Below are positions 41,086 to 62,388 of a DNA stretch of 64,000 bases, one piece after another; the first letter of the stretch is position 1, and each line of letters begins with the position of its first letter. The position numbers were made by a program, and so were the translations under genes. The DNA comes from the human T2T-CHM13v2.0 reference genome, Homo sapiens: assembly GCF_009914755.1 (NCBI RefSeq), contig NC_060926.1; one strand, given 5' to 3'. The notes beneath the pieces were generated by a model that was not told the origin of the DNA, did no database searches, and saw nothing but the letters and a program-made list of their open reading frames with translations.

Positions 41086-42369
41086 AGAGTATTGTACAAG
41101 GCAGGCCTCAACAAGAAAGTGAGATTTGAGCTGACTTGGAGGAGAGCCAACTGGGAAGCTGTGTGTCTAGGGGAAGAGCATTTCAGGCAGAGAGAACAGC
41201 CAGTGCAAACCTTTGGGCGGAGGAGTGCTTGGTATATGTGAGCAATAGCAAGGAAATTGCAGGAGAACAGCTCTGCCGAGGTGTCCTTGGCAATCTTGCA
41301 CATCTCTCGAGGCCATGTAGGCAAGGTATGACCACGGTCTGACCCAAGTCTTGTTGGACTGCCCTGTGATTTCCCCTAAAGCAGGGATGGGTAAGCCTGG
41401 TGAGGAGCCACTGGTAGGCAGTTTCCTATCCCTACCCCATGGGAGACTGCTGCAAGGCCATTTCTCTTCCTTCTCCAACGTTTCAGTTGACTGCAGGACT
41501 TTCCATATCCCTCCCTCCACCGCCCAGCCCGCTTCCCTCCAAGCATACAGCGGCAGGCTCCTGTGAAGTCTATAAAACTGCTTGGTGTAATTTAGACTTG
41601 GCTACTCAGCGGCAGGGCTCATGTTGTCTTATTTATTTATTTATTTATTTATTTATTTTTGTTAAATTATGTAGACCCATAGGATAACACTGACCCTTCC
41701 AGTTTGGTGTTATCTTGTAGGCCTAAGGATGCATGGAGCTGACACCACACTGATTTTGCTTTTGCTGTCGGTGTAAGTAATAACCTGTCTAAACCCATCT
41801 GGGCTGCCTGTCTCCTTCCCGTAGCCAAATCTACGGGAAGTGTCCAGCCAGTGTAGGGGTCAAGGGACCGCTTGACGAGACCAACGTAAATTGAAGAGGC
41901 GTAAGGAGATGAGGCCAAAGAGGAAAGGGGACCAGGTCACGTAGAACCTCGTAGACCACTGCAGAACCTTGGCTTACGTACGCAGAGACAGCAGGAACCA
42001 CTGATAGGTTTAGGGAGATTTGAGGAGAGGGACATGATTTGGCTTATGTTATGTTGTTAAAGGGACCACATTAAAATACATTCATTCTAAAAGTGTTACC
42101 TTTAAGAAACTACGTATATAAATTAAGTTACTGTTGCCATTATTAGCGTAAGTAGTTACATTTCTCTTACGACTCACTCTCTGCTACTGCCTCTTGGACC
42201 CTGCACACCTTGTGGAGGCCCATGAGAGTGACGTGCTGTGGTTCCCCCTCTCCCCACTCCTGCTCTGCACTTTGTCATTCACGTTCATCTCCCTCCTTGA
42301 GTGTCACCTCTCTCTGGCTCGTCACGGAGCCACGGCAAAGCGTCCTTTCCCAGGAACCCCTCCCCCTGG

Positions 42370-44157
<1,788 letters not shown>

Positions 44158-45937
44158 TGATCTGCTCTCCTTGGCCTCCCAAAGTTCTGGGATTACAGTC
44201 GTGAGCCACCGCGCCCGGCTTGTTCCAGGCATTTTAATACAAGATGCTGGACTGATACGTGGAGGCAAGGAAGGCCGGTTTCATTCTGCTTGAACAGCTT
44301 ATTTGGGGAGTGAGTGATGAACAGATTTCAAGTTTGATCGCTGATGCACTTCTTGAGGAGGCTGGAATAAACTTACCAGGCTTTACCCAAAAGAAAAAGA
44401 AAGGGGAAAAATGCTAAATAAACACATTCCAAGTATTTTCTCTCAGCTAAAAGGTTTCTATTTCCATTCAGCATGTAGATTTTCTCTCTTTTGATCGAGA
44501 ATGCACTTGACTAGCCTTCACCTATTACAGTCAAAGATGTTTTTTAGGAATACCTGGAAAGCTCAGTTGATAGTCAAGTAAGTTACTTAAAAGTTTTTCC
44601 TTTGAGATTTTCCTTTGAAAGCTCATTTACTCAAATGAAAAATTCTTAAACAGTGCACCCACTTTTTGCACGTTAAATTACATAAGCAATTTATAATTTG
44701 GGGCAACATAGCAATTTGAAACAAACTTTAAGAGCCAGGCAAAGAACTAAAGCAGTTCTGTTCTCCACTGCCCCTCCCTCCACCAAACCTTCAAAAATTC
44801 CTCAGCATTTCTGCCAGCCCCATTTTTCATAATCTGCTGCAAATCTGTTATTTGTTGCTACTAGTGAGGACTGGCCGTGAATAGTCTTGGAGGTAGTGAA
44901 TGTGGTGAGAACTATGGAGAAAGTAATGGGAACAATAGTTTTGTGTTAAATACTTAAAAATTGGAGTGCTTTTGTTTTTCTAAAATTTTAAAAGGCTGTA
45001 ATAACAAATTTTTGTAGCTGACAATCAACTTTAATCAGACAATCATAAAAAGGCCTTTTAAAATCCACCCAGCTGGAAGAATGAAAAGTTTCACCAATTG
45101 TTCTTGCACTTTTTGCTTTTGGTTTTGAACTTTACCTATGAGATGTGTGACAGTTTTACATCTCACCTTGTGAAAAGCTTAAAGAATGGGATTCTCACTG
45201 GCAGAATTACAGCACAAAGGAGTGCTGTATGAAGAAATTAAACATGGAAATTAGACTCTTCATCTAATTTTAAGATTTTCCTATTACACATTGTGGGTCT
45301 GAGTGCTTTGCTGACCACACAGGGGAGACAGAGAGAGAGACAATGAGAATATGTGTGTAGATTCTACACTGTTAGCAGTATAGAAGAATGGGTAAATAAA
45401 ATTTAAGCATCACTTTAACCCAGGAAATCCCCTCTGCCCCCCAACACACATACACGCTACACGTCTCACAAAGACATGCACACACAGAACTGGAACTGCC
45501 AAACCAGGAGCATTTCGAGGCTTTCCAGTCTTTCCTTTCTGCTCAGTCTCTGATGGGGGTGCCATTGAGCAGCAAAATGAGGCAAGCGGTGGCTCTCTGA
45601 AGGGCCAGGGAGAGGATGGAGCAAGATAAATATAAATGTGGATAAAAATGAATGCATTATGAGGACTTAGCTCATGACGAGGCTGTGTGTGCAGCTAAAC
45701 TCAACCCTTAGAGTAAATTAGGCTTTTAAGATTCTTTAATGTTAATATTTCTTTTCCAAACTGATATTGTAACATGTATTCCAGTATATTGTAAACATCT
45801 TCCCAGAGGGAACTTTTAAGTTGTTCTGTTGCTTGTGGGCTTTATTCCAAAGGCTTCAAATGCTTTTTGAAAGTACATCGTGCATATTTTAAAAATGAAT
45901 ACTTTTAGAAAATTATTCTGACCCATTAAAGTGCTGA

Positions 45938-46305
<368 letters not shown>

Positions 46306-47172
46306 TGAGATAGAGTTTCACTCTTGCTGTCCAGGCTAGAGTGCAATGGCACAATCTCGGCTCACCGCAACTTCCCGCCTCCCGGGTTCAAGCAGTTCTC
46401 CTGCCTCAGCCTCCTGAGTAGCTGGGATTACAGGCATGCACCACCACGCCTGGCTAATTTTGTATTTTTGGTAGAGACAGGGTTTCTCCGTGTTGGTTAG
46501 GTTGGTCTCGAACTCCCAACCTCAGGTGATCTGCCTGCCTTGGCCTCCCAAAGTGCTGGGATTACAGGCATGAGCCACCACACCCAGCCAATAATTATAT
46601 TTTTAAATCTTAATTTTTGAAATAATTTCCAGATAATTGTAGAAGGGCCAGTGAGTTACTAGTCAGCATTGGTCAAGAAGAGGTTCAATCTTTTTATGCC
46701 TGTGAATTGGGAACATGCTGCTGGGTAGAAAAACTGAGCTGGGACCTTGAACACACATGTGAAACAGTCGCTTTCCATATAATAGCCAGAATGAGATTTT
46801 GGAAACGAATCTGATTGTATTTTCCATTTGAAAATCTTCCAGTGGCTTCCTGTTCCCTACTAGAATTTGCAGAGACTCACAGCGAACCTCTTTGACCCAT
46901 TTCCATTCACTTCCCTCTTGTTCCTACCACTCCAGCCACCTGTGTCTTCTTTCTAGGGCCTGAGCAGCCTTTGCAGTGACTCTTCCCTCTGGCTGGAACC
47001 TTTTTCCCAAGATCTCGGCATGCTGGCTTCTTCTCATCCTTTGGGTTTCAGTTCAGAGGTTCTCCTTGAGAAGCCTTCCCCAATAACCACCCCCTGCCAA
47101 AGTATCATATGCATACACCCCACTATCCCTTAAATTTAATTTCCTGATAATGCTTCTCACAACCTGATCAGT

Positions 47173-47218
47173 TCCTTCCTTCCTTCCTTCCTTCCTTCCT
47201 CCCTCCCTCCCTCCCTCT
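47173..47218 (+). repeat. (TTCC)n/(CTCC)n repeat
   Basis: Direct read. Confidence 0.9.
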
Positions 47219-50200
47219 CTTTATTTCTTTATTGACAGAGTCTTGCAATGGCAAATTCTCTGCTCACTGCAACCTCCGCCTCCCAGGTTCAAGCAATTCT
47301 CCTGCCTCAGCCTTCCCAGTAGCTGGGATTACAGGCACCTGCCACCACAGCTGGCTAATTTTTGTATTTTTAGTAGAGACAGGGTTTCACCATGTTGGCC
47401 AGGCTGGTCTCGAACTCCTGACCTCAGGTGATCCGCCTACCTCAGCCTCCCAAAGTGCAGAGATTACAGGCGTGAGCTATGGCACCCAGCCTTACCTCTT
47501 TGTTTACTCCTTTTCCTCCACTGTCCCCCCACCACAAGGTAAGCTCCTGGTGGCAGGGCTGCTGTCTTTTTCACTGCTAACACAGCATGGAGCTCATACG
47601 GGTGCTCAGTGAGTATCAGAGCACAGCATGAAGGAACCAAGCCCCTGCATGTCTTACCAGGTGCTCTTCACCCTTATCTTTTCCTACTGGCTTTTCCAGA
47701 AACAGAATTGCTGGAGCTCCCATGCCCTCACATTCGGGGCTTGGTTAATAGAAAACAATCTTTTATTTTGCTGTGATGCCAATGTGATTTCATTGCTGGA
47801 GGAGCTAGTCAATTAAAACCAGACAGATTTTTGGGCTGTATTAACCCCAAACATATTTTACATTGTCCTAACTATTCCAACTAGAAAAAAAAATGTCAGA
47901 AGGTAATTTTTCATGTTAAACACAGTTCTAACAACTCCTTGCTCAGGGGCAGGTAGCCCTGGGTGCCTTGACTTTGGCCCTTGCCGTTAGTTTAATCTTA
48001 ACCCAAAGCACATGGCTCTGAATTGGTATGTTTCTCAGCAGGAGATTAATTATTATAAAAACTGAAAGGGGTCTCACACTGTGTGAGGCACACTATGCCT
48101 CTGGGGACTGGAATGAAAGTGTTAACCGGGACTGGCTTCTGGGGCTTTGGGGGTGGTGATTAACTTTCAGGACCTCTGTTCCTTTTTGGGTACAGTGGGA
48201 GGCTCTTTTCATAGAATTGTTAGGAGGACGTAATGAGCTAATGGCAGGTGATATGTGCTTAAAATATATTTGCCATTATTACCAATGGTTCTCCTCCATT
48301 CTTCTGAACTCAAGTATGGGGGAAATGTTTTTCCTAGACAAAAGGTGTTGGGAGGAGGGTTCTTTTCTTATTGAAGTGTATCCTGAATGGTCCACCCTCC
48401 ATTGTTCAGAATGCTTTGGTGAAGGGGCCCTCCGGTGTCGCCCTAGAGTGCCCAAGTCCTTTGCTGCAGCTCTTTAGGTTTTTGTTTCCTAGTAGTTTGA
48501 GCAAAACCCACCCAGGACCAAGCAGTTCTCCAGAGAAGCAGGGCCCGCCCTGACTGCCATTCCCCTCCTACTCCTGCCCCCATACCTTCCCTTATGGAGT
48601 TCAAACTTGACATAGTACAGGAATAGCTTCTTGTCATGTGCCTCTCAGGAAGGTATAAAAATGAAGTCCAGTTCCTGTTCAACTTTTCCCACATAACTCT
48701 TTTCCAAACTGGGTGTGGTTTAAATTTTTTTATTTTTATTTTTTGTGTTTGTTTTGTTTTAGGGTTTTTGAGTGTGAACATCCAGAAAATTCTTTTTTTT
48801 TTTTTTGAGATGGAATCTTGCTCTGTCGCCCAGGCTGGAGTGCATGTGGCGCGATCTCGGCTCACTGCAACCTCCGCCTCCTGGCTTCAAGCAATTCTCT
48901 GCCTCAGCCTCCCAAGTAGCTGGGATTACAGGTGCCCTCCACCAGACCTGGCTAATTTTTGTATTTTAAGTAGAGACGGGGTTTCACCGTGTGGGGCAGG
49001 CTGGTCTTGAACTCCTGACCTCGCGATCCACCCACCTCGGCCTCTCAAAGTGCTGGGATTACAGGAGTGAACCACCTCACCCAGCTCAGAAAATTCTTTT
49101 CCTTTTTACCACATCGAGCTAGGTTTTCCCAATGAGGTCAGTTGGCTGCAACATAGAGAAAATGAGGCTTTGGTTCTTAGAGTAGATTCCGTGTACAGGC
49201 GTGAGTATGTGTCCGCAGGTGGTCTTGTAGGAAATGCAAAGGGCGCCAGGTGCACTCCTGGCTTCTGGTACTTCCTGCTTAATGGCATGGGTGAGCCAAC
49301 CCTCAGGTGCCCGGGAGGGAGCCCTGATTACTCTCCCTCTGGCACTCTGGGCATTGGCTAACCCGTGACCGGAGTTAAACCAGTTCCCTCTCTTTTCATT
49401 CTATGTCTCCCACTCCTGCCTCCAGCCGAAGTGCTAAAAATGCAGCCTGGCAGGGGCAGAGAATTCCATTAGGATCAGCAGGCCCCTTTTGGAGAACAAG
49501 GATACTAAGAATACCTGCCATCCTGGCACTTCCTCCCTCCTAGGCCTTAGTTTTCTCTGTCTGAACCATGGCTGTTGAACTGGGTGATTCTTAGCCACAG
49601 GAAGGGAGGGCCTAGATCTTCCCTAGTTTTGTGAGACTCTGCAGCTGGACAGCCATCCCTTCATGGGAGCTGCCACATTTTCACTCTCGGGGCCTCTGAC
49701 AGGCACTAGGATCTAGGGACATGGCCGGCATGTGAAACCCTGGGCTGCTATGGCCAGGTCACCTCCTCAGGTCCTGGTGTTTCAGAGTGATAAAGAAGAA
49801 AGGGTGATTATGTCTCAAACATTTCATTGAGAAACCTACACTGTTCTTTTTTTTTTTTTTTTTTTTTTTTTGACATGGAGGCTCACTCTGTCACCCAGGC
49901 TGGAGTGCAGTGGCGCGATCTCAGCTTACTGCAGCCTCCTGGGTTCAAGCGATTGAACCCAGGGTTCAACCTCCTGGGTTCAAGCGGTTCTCCTGTCTCA
50001 GCCTCCCGAGTAGCTGGGATTACAGGCACCCATTACCACACCCAGCTAATTTTTGTATTTTTTAGTAGAGACAACGTTTCACAATGTTGGCCTGGCTGGT
50101 CTCGAACTCCTGGCCTCAGGTGATTGGCCCACCTCAGCCTCCCAAAGTGCTGGGATTATAGGCGTGAGCCACCGTGCCCAGCCAGAAACCTACACTCAAT

Positions 50201-51493
50201 TCTAAAGCATTTTATTTCATCCTTCTTGGCTAGTTCTTCAATTATCAGTGCTTCTTTCACTCAATGGTAAATGGATTTTCCATGAGTCTTGGAGGTGGCA
50301 GGCAGGGAGAAGGGGCAGAAGGAAAGAGAAAGAGAGAACAGATGTTGGCTTTATGTTTGGAATAAAATTACACCAAAAGCTAAGAACATTTATATTTGTG
50401 CTTAGAGAAACCCCATTTCATTTCAGAAGCTCAATGCCTGGATTTTTTTGCCAGCACATTTTACACTTGTATGTTTCTCCTTGTACTCTGTGCCTTCCAT
50501 GTATTTCTGTTGGTCCCTTGAAAACAAGATCCAATCATCACAGGGTTAGTGCTCTGCCCTAGGTCACTCCAGTAGGGGTCCATCCTCCGGATTTAGATCT
50601 CAGGTTGGCACTTATGCAAATGCTTTCTGACAGGTCCCTTTTTTTGTGTAATCTGCTTTTTCTTTGAGGATCTAGATACCTCAGCATTCAGGGACAGTAA
50701 ACATCTTAGAACTTGCCTTAGCTGTGGTCTTGCCTCTCATTAGATACACAAAGAAAAGCCTTGTTTATTTTGGAGAAGGAATTGTTTTGTTATTTTAAGC
50801 CTTAGGGCCTTGTGGTTAGAGCTACCAATAGTAGATTGGCTTCATTATGGTTTTGAAAATGATCACTTTCACAAGTAAGAACAGGCTGTCTTAGTGGAGA
50901 ATATTAGAACAGAGACTCAAACTTAACTGAAAGTTGTTTTCTGTCACTGTGCCGCTTAGGGAATTCTCAGTGCGGTGATAAATATTCATGGACTTCCCAA
51001 GTGTTGTGTGTGCCTGGAGGCCAGTTTTTCACTTGTTCCAATTAACGGCAGGCTGCCTCCACACAGGAAGTGAAACCAGCCTTTAAGCCTTTTTACAATT
51101 CTGGCACATGATTTGAAGATTTGGTGATGAAAGCAATGTTCTTTGAAAGTTTTGGAGCAAATAAAAAAAAGAAGCTTTTTAGATTCACTCTTAGTTTAAA
51201 AAATAACCACTTGGGGAGTTGAAAGATGTAAGTTCTCATCCTAGCTTTGAGAGGAACCTGCAGGGACAGCTGGGGTATAGTGTGTCCTCCTTCTAAAACT
51301 CCACATCCTCACTTGTCAAATGGGAAAGCAGATGGATGATTCTAGGCCCCTTTGGGGCAGAACACTGATTCCATCTAAAGGGGAGAGGTGGGAAGGGATA
51401 CTTTCTCCCATGCCGTTTGGGACACAGAGCCTCAGCCTGAGTTTGACCCTCAGCCCTGTGCGTGACTCTCGGTGTGAACTTTCTTAGACATCA

Positions 51494-51828
<335 letters not shown>

Positions 51829-53613
51829 TCAAAAAAAAGAGTGATGCTAGTGGGTTCTTTGCTGTTGACAGTTGCCATTCCCTGCCACCTGGGCTGTCTG
51901 TTCCTCCAGTAAGTACCCCCTCCAACTCTGGGGCAATAGAATAGTCTGGAAACATGGAGGTATATTTCTGAGAATATTGGATCTCCCCAAACACATATGA
52001 CCTCTTCCTGCTAAATCTTCTGAGAGACAGAGGGATGGACTAAGCTTTTTCCGGGGTGGATGGAGTGGGGCATATCCCCCCTGAGGGGGAACAGCAGAAT
52101 CTTCAGGATCAGGGAGAATGATGTCATTTTCAAAAGTTTATTCATTCAATATTATTATGTCATTTTATAATTGGAAATTTAAAAAATATTTTGTGATATA
52201 AACTGTAGAATGCAACGCTCTTAAATATTCTGGCTGGGAAGATAAGGATAAAGACAATGATTCATGACAGGGGTTCTCAAGAAGAGGTATGCTTCAGAAC
52301 TACCTAGGAAGCATTTTCACAAGGTAGAAGCTCAGGTTCCCAGGACCCGTGGACTCAATCTTTGGGGCTGTGGCCCTGCCTTGTGTATGTCCAAGCTATT
52401 CTGTGCCACCTCTTTCGTTACACTCCACTGATGCAGTATATCTGATGTCTGATTCTTGGGCAGTGGTGGGGAGCCTCTCTCTATTACCCCATCCCAGGAG
52501 GGGTATGTATCAGAACCTGGCCATTGAGGGTAGGAGTAAGCTAATTATGCTTATCCAAGGGAGGTGGCAATTCCTAGACAAAGTGAGAATGTTGAGCTGG
52601 ATGATTCATTAAGCCAAGTGCCCTTAGGATTTTAGGACCTGTTGGTGGAAAGAGATACAGCTAATCAGGTGGGCCAACCAGTAAATAGTAAGGCCTTTCC
52701 CTTTTTACCATTATATTTTTTCCTCTCAGCTACTCTTTATACTCACATCTTATTATAAAATATTTAGGATACACAAAAGGATTTAACAGGTAATAAAACT
52801 CGCCTGTGTACTCACTACTTGACGTAAGAAGTCAGACATTAACACTACAGTGGAAGTCCCCGGTCGTTCCTCTCTCCAGTGTCATCCCCTCACTCCCACC
52901 CAGAGAAAACCATTATCCCACATTGGGTGTTTCAATTCCCATGCATGTCTTTATCCTTTGATCATGATTGACATGATTATGTTGGTAACACTCTATAGTG
53001 TTGTTTTGCACCATGTCAGTTACATTTGATTGCATATAACAGAAAACCTTACTTCAGTGGTGTAACCAAAATGGGAGTATTTTTCTCATACAACAAGCAG
53101 TCTGACAGCAACTAGGTTGGGATTAGACAGTGGCTCCATGATAAAGTCAATGACCTGGCTCTTGGCTCTGACATCTATAGTGTATGCTTTTAGAACACAT
53201 TGTTCCTTAAATGGCTGCTGTGCTTCTGGGCATTTCATTTGCATTCCAGGCAGAAAAAAGCAGAAGGGAAAAGGACAAAAAGTCTCATACCAGCTGAGTC
53301 TGTCCTTTTTATCAAGAAGGTGACTGGAACATCTCAACAGCAAAAAACAAGCAATCCGATTAAAAAATGAACAAGTGATCTAAACATATTTCTCAAAAGA
53401 AGAAATACAAATGGCTAACAGATAAATATATGAAAAAATGCTTAACATCACTAATCATCAGGGAGATGTAAACCAAAATTACAACCTGGTTTCATTTCAT
53501 TGCATTTAGGATGGCTATGTCAAAAAGGCAAAAAATAACAAATGCTGGCAAAGGTGCAGAGAAAAGGGAACTCATACACTGCTGGTGGGGATTTAAACTA
53601 TCACAGCCACTAT

Positions 53614-54264
53614 TGTGGCAGGCCAGGTCTCGGTAACGCAGGCCTCTGTAACAACTGTTTCAGCACTGAGTGGTTAAGTTAAATATTAAAAGCTAATAGA
53701 GCCGGTGCCCTCATACAAAGGCTGGAATGTAATGAAAGCCCACCAGAAGTTTTGCCCAGGCCTTTCCTGGGCCTTGACTCATGACAAGATAACAAAGGAA
53801 TTCTTAACAGGCCTCATTTAGGATTAAACAAGTTTTACTGGGGATCTTAAGAAATTCCCCAGACCTCCACAAACAAGTTTATTGGGGGTCTGAAGGAACT
53901 CCTCAAACCTCCATGATTTAGCGGGAGACAAGATAATAAGGATAATCACCCCAGCACCTGGATTCACTTAGATTAAGTACATTTACTGAGGCTCCAGAAG
54001 AAGGTCCTCAGGACTCAGACCTTAGTTATAGATTAGAAGAAGTTAATCACTTATGTCTTTAAATGAATGCACACTTCCATGTAGACATATAGCTTAGAAG
54101 GTATATAATCCCTGGAAAACGTAATTTTGAGTTGATGTGGTGATGTTTTCCAGGCCTTCTCCCTGTACCCAGGGAGAAATAAACTCCCTTCTTTCCCAGT
54201 TCATCTGCATCTCATTATTGGGCATGAGAATAAGCAGCCCAACCCTCAGTTCGGTCCAGGAACA
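53614..54264 (+). mobile_element. Solo ERV1-class LTR (possibly LTR15-like; family unverified)
   Basis: TG..CA ends, AATAAA ~54178, 4-bp TSD CTAT at 53610-13 and 54265-68; L1 resumes on both sides. Confidence 0.8.
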
Positions 54265-54705
54265 CTATGAAGAATGGTATGGAGGTTCCTCAAAAAACTA
54301 CAGATGGAACTACCATATGATCCTGTAATTGCACTACTGGTCATTTATCCAAAAGAAAGGATATCAGTATATCAAAAAGACATCTGCACCCTCATGTTTA
54401 ATATAGCACTATTCACAATAGCCAAGCTAAGGAATCAGTCTAGGTGTCCATCAACGGATGAATGGATAAAGAAAATGTGGTATAAGCTTTGGCAACATGG
54501 CAAGACCTGGTCTCTACTAGAAATAAAAAAATTAGCTAGACATTGTGGTGCATGCCTATGGTCATAGCTGCTCAGCAGGCTGAGGTGGGAGGACTCCTTG
54601 AGCCCAGGAGTTTGAGACTGTACTGAGCTATGATTGCCTTACTGCACTCCAGCCTGGGCAACAGAGTGAGACCCTGTCTCTGTTTTTTGTTTTTTTTTTT
54701 TTTGA

Positions 54706-54993
<288 letters not shown>

Positions 54994-55008
54994 TAACTTA
55001 AAAAAAAA

Positions 55009-55056
<48 letters not shown>
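55009..55056 (+). repeat. (GT)12(AT)12 compound microsatellite
   Basis: Direct read. Confidence 0.95.
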
Positions 55057-55057
<1 letters not shown>

Positions 55058-55737
55058 CAAATGGAATACTATTAAATATTTAGCCATAAAGTAATGAAAT
55101 CCTGTCATTGGTAGCAACATGGATGGAACTGGAAGACATTTGGTTAATTAAAACAAGCCAGAAACAAAGTTAAACACCACATGTCCTCACTCATAGGTGG
55201 AAGCTAAACAAAAAAGTTGATTTTGTAGAAGTAAAAAGTAGGACAAAGGTTACTAGGGCCTGGAAAGGATAGGAGGAAGGGGAGGATAGGAAGAGATTTG
55301 TTAAAGAATTCAAAATTACAGCAAGATAGGAGGGATAAGTTTAGTGTTCCATAGCACTGTAGGATTACTATAGTTAACAGTAATGTGTAATGTGCTCCAT
55401 AGATATGTACAATTATGTTAATTAAAGCAGCTTTTAAAAAAGAAGGTGATAACTCGATACGAAGCCCTATGCTATGGACTTCAGCTAACCTTTCCCTGAT
55501 TATTCCAAGCTGCCAGGAAGAGTGGCAAGTCAAGTGTGCTAGCTGGGCAAGTTGCCACCCTGAATGAGATTGGGTCCCCTTTGTGGAAACAAGGGGAAAT
55601 GGGTGCTGAGCAGGACGCTAGCAGCAGCTTACCACATACATGTTATAAAATTTCATATAAATAGTATGCTTTCTTCTTCAGCTTGCCTTTTCACTGTTTG
55701 TGAAGTTTGCTAAATTCATCTGAGTTGAAAAGTGTAA

Positions 55738-56106
<369 letters not shown>

Positions 56107-56115
56107 TAGCGCCCA

Positions 56116-56146
<31 letters not shown>

Positions 56147-56454
56147 GAGTTGGCTGTTGCCCAGGCTGAAATGCAGTGGTGCCATCATAGCTCACTGGAG
56201 CCTAAACTCCTGGGCTCAAGTGATCCTCCCACCTCAGCCTGTTGAGTAGCTAGGACTACAGGTGCATGCCAACACAGCCAGCTGTTTCTTAACTTTTTTG
56301 TAGAGATGAGGTTTTGCCACATTGTCGAGGCTGGTCTCTAACTCCTGGGGTCAAGTGATCCTCCTGCCTCGGCCTGCCAAAGTGTGGGGATTACAGACAT
56401 GAGCCACTGTGCCTGGCTTCCAATCGCTTTATTTATTTATTTATTTATTTATGA

Positions 56455-56673
<219 letters not shown>

Positions 56674-57609
56674 TGATTTGCCCACCTCGGTCTCCCAAAG
56701 TGCTGGAATTACGGGCATGAGCCACCGCACCCGGCCCCAGTTGCCTCTTAATGGGCATTTAGGTTTTCCTGAATTTTTCTATTACAAACAACGTTGCCAT
56801 GAACATTATTCTTTTCTATTGTGAGGTTTCCTTTGCCATAATTAAATGTGCAGATTTTAAGTGTGGAGTCTGATGAGTTTTAATAAATATAGGTATCACA
56901 ACCCCTATCCAAGTTAAGAGCCCTTAACCTTCTTACATGTCTCCCTATGGACATGTGTGAGTCTAGGAGTGGAAACACTGAGTTGTAGGTTATATGCAAT
57001 TTCAGCCCCATTATATGTTGCCAGTCCTGCACATCTTGTAGGCAGGTTATTGCCATGGGAGATCTGGACTAAGATATTTCTTCCCAAGAGTACTCTAAAC
57101 AGATCTGAGAATACTCCTCAGGGCAGGTTGCAACTAGATTGTGAAGTGAGTGATGCAACTGGCTCTTTCGCCACTCATGCTTATCATTCAGTGCCCCATC
57201 CTCACCCTTGGCTGTCACACACTGGAGCCTTCCCTCAGTTCAACCCTCAGAACCACCTGCAACCCAGGGCTCAGTAGCTGGGGCTTGTATGTGGACTGCA
57301 AGGTTAGGGTAGTGGGTGGCTGTGAGAAGCCCTCTTCATTCCTTCCTAGCCATGGAGAGCTGGGCAAGTCGTTTAGCATCTGGGAACCTCAGGATCCTCA
57401 TCTATGAACTGGGGACAATTCCAGTGATACACCCTTCACAGGATTAGAGAAGACTGTCTAGGTAAAAGGCCTGGCGAAAGGTGAAAAAGTTTCTGTGTGG
57501 GTTGATACAGGTACTGGGTCCTTTGCTTTTTACCCAGTAGAAGATATTGAACATAGATTTGTAACATTGCTTAAAGGACCTCTATGCCAGGAATCAAGGA
57601 CAAAGGCCA

Positions 57610-61150
<3,541 letters not shown>

Positions 61151-62100
61151 TTCATTCTGCTTGAGATCAGTTTTATTTATTTATTTATTTTTTTGGCACA
61201 CAGACATTTTGAGACCCTGGATCTTAGTTTAGTCTTCTGTTTTACCTGTTTTCCTCTGACTTGCTCTGGCTGGGGAAGAGGGCATGCTGCCTCGTTGCTG
61301 CCAGGTAGGGGTAGAATTCTAGGTTCCTCACTCAGCCTCCATTGACATCTGAGTGTGGGGATATCTTCATTACTGCTGGTCAGAGGTCAGGTGGCAGTTC
61401 CGGCTCCCCACCAGGCTTCCACTGATACCTCTCTGGCTCAGAGGGGTAGAAGTGCCTCATTTCTGTTCCAATTCTTCCCCACCTGGCCTCCCCAAACACT
61501 AGAGTAGGGGGAAGGATGGCCTCCTTTCTGGTTGGCAGTGAAAGCCCTGACTTTCTGCAGGCCCCAGATACTGCCCCAGTAGGGAGGAGGAGAGATGCTT
61601 CATTGCTTCATTAATGCTGGGTGGGGATGGAAGGCCTGGCTCCCACATGGTCCTCACACCAGTCAGTGGGGCTAGACATCTTAGTTCTCTACTTCCTCTA
61701 GGCCCTTTCTGACACCACCCTGGAGGGCCACTTGTAGTACTTCTCTATAGCTTGGTGAGGGTGGAAGTCTAGATTTCTCACTTGACTTTTGCTGGTGTGG
61801 ATGGGGACGGGGCCGTGATGTGTTTTGGGTTGCTTGCCTGGAGTAGAGCAGTTTATTGTCTAAAAGTTTTCTGTCTGGCTGGGCTGCCCCTTTCCTTGTC
61901 TTTAGCTCCTAGTCTAGGACATATGGGGCAAAACGAAACCCATTTGTTCTTGAGTCCTGAGGTTCCTAGCCAGTCTGCCTGCTTCTCTCTACCTTTCAGA
62001 GTTTTGTCTTGTTTTTTAAAATTATGCTAAAAGACGAGGCCAGGCGCAGTGGCCGACGCCTGTAATCCCAGCACTTTGGGAGGCCGAGGTGGGCGGATCA

Positions 62101-62388
<288 letters not shown>

